64,000 nucleotides of DNA from Eubacteriales bacterium (GTDB taxonomy: Bacteria; Bacillota; Clostridia; Oscillospirales; CAG-272): the NCBI GenBank assembly GCA_045646945.1, contig JAZRLS010000045.1:3128-67127 (forward strand), given 5' to 3'. Positions 56,981 to 64,000 of this stretch are shown here, in pieces. Positions within the stretch are counted from its first letter, which is position 1. Every line of letters starts with the position of its first letter. Under the pieces are notes generated by a model, which saw only the letters and a list, made by a program, of their open reading frames with translations, had not been told where the DNA came from and ran no database searches. Both the position numbers and the translations under genes were made by a program.

Positions 56981-58048
56981 ATGGAACTGAACATTGGAAT
57001 GAATATTAAACGTTTGCGCCTTGCTAAAGGATTGACGCAGGAGCAACTTGCGGAGCTTTTGACGATCTCTACGGCGGCAGTAAGTAAATGGGAAGCGAAA
57101 AATACCTATCCCGATATTACGATGCTATTTCCGCTTGCAGAAATTTTTGGCGTTACCGTTGACGAACTTTTAGGATATGATGAAGCAAAAGCCAAGGCAG
57201 ATGTGGATAAAATACTCGCAGAATATCAGCGGATGTATGTAGAAGGAAGATTTGCTGAAGGCAAGGAGTTGATTGTTAATGCACGAAAGAAATATCCCCA
57301 CGATTATCGCATTATGAATAAGTATATGTGGGATGTAGCGGGCGGAAGTGCAGGAAATGATTCTAAAACTTTGCTGAAAAACAAGGACGAATTGACACAG
57401 TTATGCGATTGTATTTTGGAAGGATGCACTCAAGATGATCTTCGCGCGGAAGCAATCAATATGAAAGCAAAGCTTCTTCATGCCGCAGGCGATACCGAAG
57501 CAGCTCTTGAAATTCTTTCAAAGCTTCCCGCATGGCATGCGCCAATCATGAAGGAACAGCTTTTTGGCAAAGATACCGCAGAATATCGCTATTGGAACAA
57601 AAAGAATTGTTATGGTTTGATGGATGTGATGTCTATCAAACTCGCACGGATTATTCGCTTTGATCCCGCGCTTTCTGTTACAGAAAAGATTGAGCGTCTT
57701 GAACCCATGGCAGAAGCGTTTGCAGAAATGAGCAAACGGAAAGACCTTGAATGTTTTTGTATTGGGGAGGAATCCATCTATGCAATTTTAGCGGGCATGC
57801 TTACAGCAGATAACGCTCCTATCGATGATGTGATCCGCATCAGAGAAAAGCAATTTGCTTCAATGGAAAGAATAATGAAGCTTGCCGAAACCGATGATGT
57901 TCTCAAAGAGCAAATTCAATCCACATATAAATCTGATGATATGATTGCATGGCAATTGAAGCGTCTTTTGAACTCACCTCATCCTCAATTTGCAAAACTT
58001 AGAGAAAATAAAAAATACCTTGAAATGCTTAATAAGTGGGCAAGATAA
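56981..58048 (+). CDS. XRE-family HTH transcriptional regulator with helical (TPR-like) C-terminus
   Basis: IKRLRLAKGLTQEQLAELLTISTAAVSKWE...YPDI..L..LA..FGVTVDELLG. Confidence 0.9.
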   Translation: MELNIGMNIKRLRLAKGLTQEQLAELLTISTAAVSKWEAKNTYPDITMLFPLAEIFGVTVDELLGYDEAKAKADVDKILAEYQRMYVEGRFAEGKELIVNARKKYPHDYRIMNKYMWDVAGGSAGNDSKTLLKNKDELTQLCDCILEGCTQDDLRAEAINMKAKLLHAAGDTEAALEILSKLPAWHAPIMKEQLFGKDTAEYRYWNKKNCYGLMDVMSIKLARIIRFDPALSVTEKIERLEPMAEAFAEMSKRKDLECFCIGEESIYAILAGMLTADNAPIDDVIRIREKQFASMERIMKLAETDDVLKEQIQSTYKSDDMIAWQLKRLLNSPHPQFAKLRENKKYLEMLNKWAR

Positions 58049-58053
58049 TACAA

Positions 58054-58086
58054 GCCTCCGATAGGGAAAAATCCGTGTCGGAGGCT
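58054..58086. terminator. Hairpin between convergent genes
   Basis: GCCTCCGAT...GTCGGAGGC. Confidence 0.65.
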
Positions 58087-58093
58087 GATCCTT

Positions 58094-59167
<1,074 letters not shown>

Positions 59168-59181
59168 TGCTTACGTCCTCC

Positions 59182-59802
59182 TTATTTCATAATTTTTTTG
59201 AGTGCCAAACGAATGATCTCGTCAAGCTCAAGTGCATCTACGTCGATGGTTTTCAAAACTGCGGTAGCTTCGTTTCTCGAATAGCCGAGCGCCATCAGTG
59301 CTTCGATGGCATCCGAACGCTTGCTCGACGGAGAAGCAGAGATTGCCATATCGTTGAAAGCAATACCGCTGTCGTCGGGTGTGAATCCGACCTTTTGTAG
59401 CTTGTCTTTCAGTTCCAAAATAATTCTTGCCGCGGTTTTCGGACCGATTCCGTTAGCTGCCGCAATCGCCTTTTTATCATCGGCGCAAATCGCGGCGACA
59501 AGGCGACTCGGGGTGAGTTGAGAGAGAATCGAGATTGCCGCCTTCGGACCAACGCCCGAAACGGTAATCAAAAGCTGGAAGGATTCGAGTTCGTCCTCAC
59601 TGCCGAAGCCGTAAAGCTCAATTCCATCTTCTCTTACAGACAAATGGGTATAGAGCTTCACCGGTGTTTTTTCTGCGTTTTGATGCGGAAGAGAGGAGTA
59701 AGTGTTTTGAGAAATTGTCATTTTGTAGCCGACACCGCCCGCATCTACCACGGCGGTATTCAGCTCCAAATGTGCCAGCGTTCCGCTGATATAATAAAAC
59801 AT
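59182..59802 (-). CDS. ruvA: Holliday junction branch migration protein RuvA
   Basis: GGVGY, VRED...LYGF, VSGVGPK.A, GIGPKTA.RIILELK and AL.ALGY. Confidence 0.97.
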   Translation of the reverse strand: MFYYISGTLAHLELNTAVVDAGGVGYKMTISQNTYSSLPHQNAEKTPVKLYTHLSVREDGIELYGFGSEDELESFQLLITVSGVGPKAAISILSQLTPSRLVAAICADDKKAIAAANGIGPKTAARIILELKDKLQKVGFTPDDSGIAFNDMAISASPSSKRSDAIEALMALGYSRNEATAVLKTIDVDALELDEIIRLALKKIMK

Positions 59803-62720
59803 TATTCATTTCCTTTCGTTTCGTCGAATTCATCGTTTTTCTTTGGTTCGATTTCTTTTTTGAAGCGCAGAGCCTTGAAAATTTCTTTGAGGCTGTTTTT
59901 CTTTTCTTCTTCGGAGAGCGTGGAAAAACGTTCGTGATCTCCGTCAAAGTCTTCCAAAAGCCATACATCCGAGAAAGGCTCACGGCGATGCTTTCTGAAA
60001 CATACCCAATCGATCAGACACAGTATCAAAAAGATCATAAGACCCGAAAGAGAAATCATCATTCCCAAACGGTAGGCGTTCGGGCGGTATTTCATTTCCA
60101 AGGTGTGTTCGCCGACCTCGTCAATATCAAAGGAAATCAAAGCTTCCATCGTTTTCTTATACGGAATTTCCTCTCCGTCAAGGTAGATTTTCCAGCCTTC
60201 ATCATAGGGAATACTGGTAAAGATCATTTGGTTTTCTTTGTCGGTGGTAATGTGTCCCGACAAATGATCATCGGTGTGATTCTCGATGATAAATTGAGGA
60301 TTTTGCTTTAGGATCTCGAAGCTGGTTTCAAAATTCTGCTCGTCCAAATAATAAAAATAGTGATAAGAATGATATAGGGAAACGGAAGTTGTTTCGCCCG
60401 AGAGCATCAAAGTTACTTCTACGGGTTCCCCCTCCTCGAAATAGCCAAGCGGTACGGCATAGGTGCTGTCTCTGCCAAGATATTTGCCACGCGATTCTTC
60501 ACCGACCGAAAGTGTTACCTCAGAATAACGAGGAGACGGCGTGTAAAAATAATAATGTGCGCTTTGGGATGCTGTGAAACGGAAGGTGACCGATGCTTCT
60601 TCGGCAGAATCTTGTTTTTTGTAGGTCGTCTGGTATCCTTCGTAGTGAGAAGTACAGCTATTGGAAAGCGTTTCTTCATATTTCATAATTGGGTGGAAAA
60701 TTTCGGAATGCTGTTGGTCTCCTGTCATCGCACCTACCATTCGATTCAGCCTGGTAAAGATCGGATGATGGTCCAAGGGATCAAATTCACGGAAGGATGT
60801 GTCCACACCGTATGCCAAAGAGAGCGCATACGGGTTTTGGTATGCAGTATAGTTTTCATCGGAGTAGACGGTGTCGTATTGATGACTCAAAAGATCGGAT
60901 TCATTTTTGTCGATCAGATATTTGACGCCGAGCAGGGAATCGTTGATGGGATTTCCTCCTCGATATTGCGACAAATGCGAGCGAGAAACGTAGCCCATCG
61001 TTCGCAAAAAGTCAATGGTTTCGGAATTGAGGGTCGAGGTCGAACCCGAAAGACCGCGGATACCTAGTGCCATGTTGTCATTGAATTTTCGGTAGGAAAG
61101 CTTTTCCATCCGATAAAATCCGTCGTCATATTTTTTCACCTCATTGACAATGGGGCGAATATCACCAATGAATTTCTGGTAACTGCTATGCGTCGAATAG
61201 GCAACGTCATCGTCAAACTGAACGACGCAGGTAAGACTACTGCAAAAGAGCTCAATGCAAACGACAGCCAAAAGGATTGCCGAAATACTTTCACGATGTT
61301 TCGGGTGCTCGTGACGGAGAAACAGACATAGGAGTGCTAAAAGCACGATGGTTGCTAAAATGGTCAGCCAAACCGTTTCCAAGGGAAGCAGAGCTTCGTC
61401 GGTTACCACGTAGGATTCAAAGGTCAGCTTGTTGCAAACAGCAACAAAGAGAAGAATCAGCGAGGCAACACAGAATAAAAATTTATTTCCTACTCGTTTT
61501 AAGTTTCCGATTCCTCGGTATGCCATGGTCAACAGCAAAAAGCTGAGTATAAAGCTATATCGGTAATTGAGCCAGTTCGGCGATTGGAATCCGTGCCAAA
61601 TCAAGTCCAGCGGACTTGCGATAAAGCTGAGAACAAAGACCGCGATGATCAGTGCAGAAGCAATCTTTTCGCGACTGCGAATGGCTCTCGACATAAAGTA
61701 GACAGGGAGCATAAGAAGGGTCAAAAGTCCGCAATAAACGAAAGGAAGTCCTTCGGGGCGAACAGTATCGTAGGTTCCCGGCAAGAATTTTGTGAAAAGA
61801 TCTAAGAATTTGAATTTTTCTTGCAGTGACCAATCGGGACTGGAAAAGGTGTTTTTTCCAAAGCTGAGCGAATAATATGCGCCAAGAATAATGAACGCGG
61901 AAATAGCAATGGCGAGAAGAGAAAATACAATAACTCTTGCGATGGCACGAAGAAGATGCAGTCGCTCACGGCGGGGATTGATCTCTTCGGGAGCTTTTGA
62001 AAAATAGTAGTAGCAAGAATAGAGAACTACGTAAATACAGACCATATAGCCGATATAGTAGTTGCTCATAACGGTTATTGCCAAAGAGATGACAAAAAGT
62101 CGGTAGCGTCGGTTGAGAATCAACTGCTCGATGCCATAGGTTAATATCGGCAGCCAAAACAGTGCGTCGATCCACATCAGATTACTCTGATAAACCACGG
62201 CATAGGCGCAGAGTGCATACATCACCGAGAATGCAACAACCATAAAGCGGTTGGGTGCTTTCGAATGTTTATGCAGATAGAAGCCGAAGTTCAGCCCGCA
62301 AAGACCTACTTTGATCAAAATAATACAAAGAAGAGCTTCCTGGATTGCTCCTTGCGGGAAGAGTGCTACAAGATAAGAGAGCGGACTTGCCAAATAGTAG
62401 GCGTAGATTCCGACAAATTCTCCACCCAGTCCGCGCAAAAAGCTGTAAAGTAGGCTGTTTTCTCCGTAAATAAAGCCACGAAGAGCCTCATGAAAATAGA
62501 CGTACTGAGCATTGAGATCGAGCACGAGTACCGTGCCGTTTCCGAGCGGATACAGTTCCATAGCAAGGTAGACGAGAAGCATCAAAACGAGCGGTACGAG
62601 AAAACAGTACGCAAGGTAAGAGGATTGCGAGGTGGCGATCTTTGTTTGCTTTTGCTTCAAAAAAGAAGAAATGCGCTGAATTTTGCGGAAGGCTGGTATG
62701 GTTTGTTCGTTTTCGTTCAT
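59802..62720 (-). CDS. YfhO family GT-C membrane protein
   Basis: DLNAQY, YYLASP, NYYIGYM, W.GFQ.PNW..YRY and SIPYDEGW; many TM segments. Confidence 0.9.
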   Translation of the reverse strand: MNENEQTIPAFRKIQRISSFLKQKQTKIATSQSSYLAYCFLVPLVLMLLVYLAMELYPLGNGTVLVLDLNAQYVYFHEALRGFIYGENSLLYSFLRGLGGEFVGIYAYYLASPLSYLVALFPQGAIQEALLCIILIKVGLCGLNFGFYLHKHSKAPNRFMVVAFSVMYALCAYAVVYQSNLMWIDALFWLPILTYGIEQLILNRRYRLFVISLAITVMSNYYIGYMVCIYVVLYSCYYYFSKAPEEINPRRERLHLLRAIARVIVFSLLAIAISAFIILGAYYSLSFGKNTFSSPDWSLQEKFKFLDLFTKFLPGTYDTVRPEGLPFVYCGLLTLLMLPVYFMSRAIRSREKIASALIIAVFVLSFIASPLDLIWHGFQSPNWLNYRYSFILSFLLLTMAYRGIGNLKRVGNKFLFCVASLILLFVAVCNKLTFESYVVTDEALLPLETVWLTILATIVLLALLCLFLRHEHPKHRESISAILLAVVCIELFCSSLTCVVQFDDDVAYSTHSSYQKFIGDIRPIVNEVKKYDDGFYRMEKLSYRKFNDNMALGIRGLSGSTSTLNSETIDFLRTMGYVSRSHLSQYRGGNPINDSLLGVKYLIDKNESDLLSHQYDTVYSDENYTAYQNPYALSLAYGVDTSFREFDPLDHHPIFTRLNRMVGAMTGDQQHSEIFHPIMKYEETLSNSCTSHYEGYQTTYKKQDSAEEASVTFRFTASQSAHYYFYTPSPRYSEVTLSVGEESRGKYLGRDSTYAVPLGYFEEGEPVEVTLMLSGETTSVSLYHSYHYFYYLDEQNFETSFEILKQNPQFIIENHTDDHLSGHITTDKENQMIFTSIPYDEGWKIYLDGEEIPYKKTMEALISFDIDEVGEHTLEMKYRPNAYRLGMMISLSGLMIFLILCLIDWVCFRKHRREPFSDVWLLEDFDGDHERFSTLSEEEKKNSLKEIFKALRFKKEIEPKKNDEFDETKGNE

Positions 62721-62926
62721 TGCTCGCCGCCCTCGTCTTCCGAGAAAAGAACCTTTTTGGTTGCTTTTTCCAATTTAATTCGATCGAGAACCATATCCCG
62801 TCCACATCCTTGGCAAACAATACGAACGTCGCTTCCGACACGTAGAATTTTAAATTGCTTAGAACCGCATGGATGCGGTTTTTTTAGTTCCAGAATATCG
62901 TTTCGTTTGAATTTTATGATTTCCAT
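62717..62926 (-). CDS. DUF951 family protein
   Basis: LKKPHPCGS..F.ILRVGSD.RI.C.GC. Confidence 0.9.
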   Translation of the reverse strand: MEIIKFKRNDILELKKPHPCGSKQFKILRVGSDVRIVCQGCGRDMVLDRIKLEKATKKVLFSEDEGGEQ

Positions 62927-63022
62927 AAAGACCACCCATCATTTCTTTCTTTTTATATTTTACCACACGATCAATATTTTGTAAATAAGTATTGAAAATT
63001 TTAACAATTTTATAAATTTTGT

Positions 63023-63051
63023 TTGACTTAGAGTTTGTATTGTGATATAAT
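63023..63051 (+). promoter_or_regulatory. Sigma-A promoter of ruvC
   Basis: TTGACT-N17-TATAAT with TGn. Confidence 0.75.
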
Positions 63052-63080
63052 GTAATTTGAGATATTTTGGGGAGGACGAG

Positions 63081-63581
63081 ATGATCATACTTGGAATTGA
63101 CCCCGGGATTGCCATTGTTGGTTGGGGTGTCGTTGAATATCAGGGTTCTCGCTTTCGCACGTTGGGCTACGGTGCTATTGAAACACCCGCGGGAATGGCG
63201 ACAGAGGAGCGACTTGCGCTAATTTACGAAGGAATCGGAAGATTGATTGAAACCTATCATCCCGAGCATATGGCGGTAGAAGAATTGTTCTTTAATACTA
63301 ACCAAACGACGGGTATTCGTGTTGCCGAGGCGCGCGGAGTGATTATTATGCGAGCCTATCAGCTTGGCGTTAAGGTCTTTGAATATACTCCCTTGCAGGT
63401 GAAGCAGGCGGTAGTTGGCTACGGACGTGCGGAAAAAAAGCAGGTCATTACGATGGTTACAATGCTCTTAGGACTGCCCAAGCCTCCGAAACCCGATGAT
63501 ACGGCGGACGCTTTGGCTATCGCAATGTGTCACGCGCATACGGGCGGATCTCGTTTAGCGAGCTATTACAACCAAAAATAA
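63081..63581 (+). CDS. ruvC: Crossover junction endodeoxyribonuclease RuvC
   Basis: ILGIDPG, EELFF, EARGV, EYTP.QVK.AV.GYG.A.K.QV and PDDTADALA. Confidence 0.97.
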   Translation: MIILGIDPGIAIVGWGVVEYQGSRFRTLGYGAIETPAGMATEERLALIYEGIGRLIETYHPEHMAVEELFFNTNQTTGIRVAEARGVIIMRAYQLGVKVFEYTPLQVKQAVVGYGRAEKKQVITMVTMLLGLPKPPKPDDTADALAIAMCHAHTGGSRLASYYNQK

Positions 63582-63619
63582 CAGAAATATAGAAAATACA
63601 GAAAAGAGGACAGATCCGA

Positions 63620-64000
63620 ATGTGGATTGCAGATGGATGGAAAGATTATGAGCTGTTGGATGCTTCCGAAGGGGAGCGACTCGAGCGTTGGGGAAGTTAT
63701 ATTCTTCGACGTCCCGACCCGCAGATCATTTGGAAAAGCGGACAGAAGACAAATTCTTGGAATGCCGCAGACGCGATTTATAAACGATCCTCCAAGGGGG
63801 GCGGCGGTTGGACGAAAAACGAGCTTCCCGCACAATGGAATATTACTTACGGTAATCTGAAATTCGTTTTAAAACCGATGGGCTTTAAGCATACGGGACT
63901 TTTTCCCGAGCAGGCCGCTAACTGGGATTGGTTTTCAAAACTCATTCGCGAATCGGGACGAAGCATTAAGGTGCTGAATCTCTTTGCCTATACCGGCGGT
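63620..64000 (+). CDS. Class I SAM-dependent methyltransferase (RlmI/RlmK-like), 3'-truncated; not in ORF track
   Basis: MWIADGWKDYELLDASEGERLERWG..ILRRPDPQ...FKHTGLFPEQA.NW...VLNLFAYTGG; open to the window end. Confidence 0.88.
   Translation, partial: MWIADGWKDYELLDASEGERLERWGSYILRRPDPQIIWKSGQKTNSWNAADAIYKRSSKGGGGWTKNELPAQWNITYGNLKFVLKPMGFKHTGLFPEQAANWDWFSKLIRESGRSIKVLNLFAYTGG

Noticed and set aside
62927..63080. LexA/SOS box (GAAC-N4-GTTC) before ruv genes (also checked before addB and xerC)
   Set aside because: No match was seen.

Overview
Gene-dense stretch of a Bacillota (Clostridia-like) core chromosome; the taxonomy is inferred from PolC, AddAB, IreB, sigma-A promoters and a sigma-K-like promoter. 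It holds about 55 CDS. These include the NAD genes nadE and pncB, rsmE, a CdaR-like regulator, ctpA, greA, tex, an orphan sugar ABC ATPase, xerC, fba, a His-rich CobW pair, addBA, an htrA/two-component operon, the pyrH-frr-uppS-cdsA-dxr-rseP-ispG-polC operon and a split ruvC / ruvAB locus. I found no rRNA, tRNA, CRISPR array, prophage or transposase. The best candidate for an undescribed system is the ~300-nt leader of the HlyC/CorC (putative Mg2+ efflux) gene. It has a structured 5' region and a 29-codon SD-led uORF whose stop codon lies in the loop of an intrinsic terminator, consistent with a leader-peptide attenuator. Other oddities are a 28-bp perfect palindrome that gives two convergent genes the same C-terminus, a truncated prephenate-dehydratase-like protein behind nadE and a DHFR-like protein behind pncB. 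There is also an unannotated 38-aa membrane peptide, an ECF sigma with a long extension and an internal start, a REP/MITE-like element, and two solo XRE regulators. All calls were made by eye from motifs; no database searches were run.
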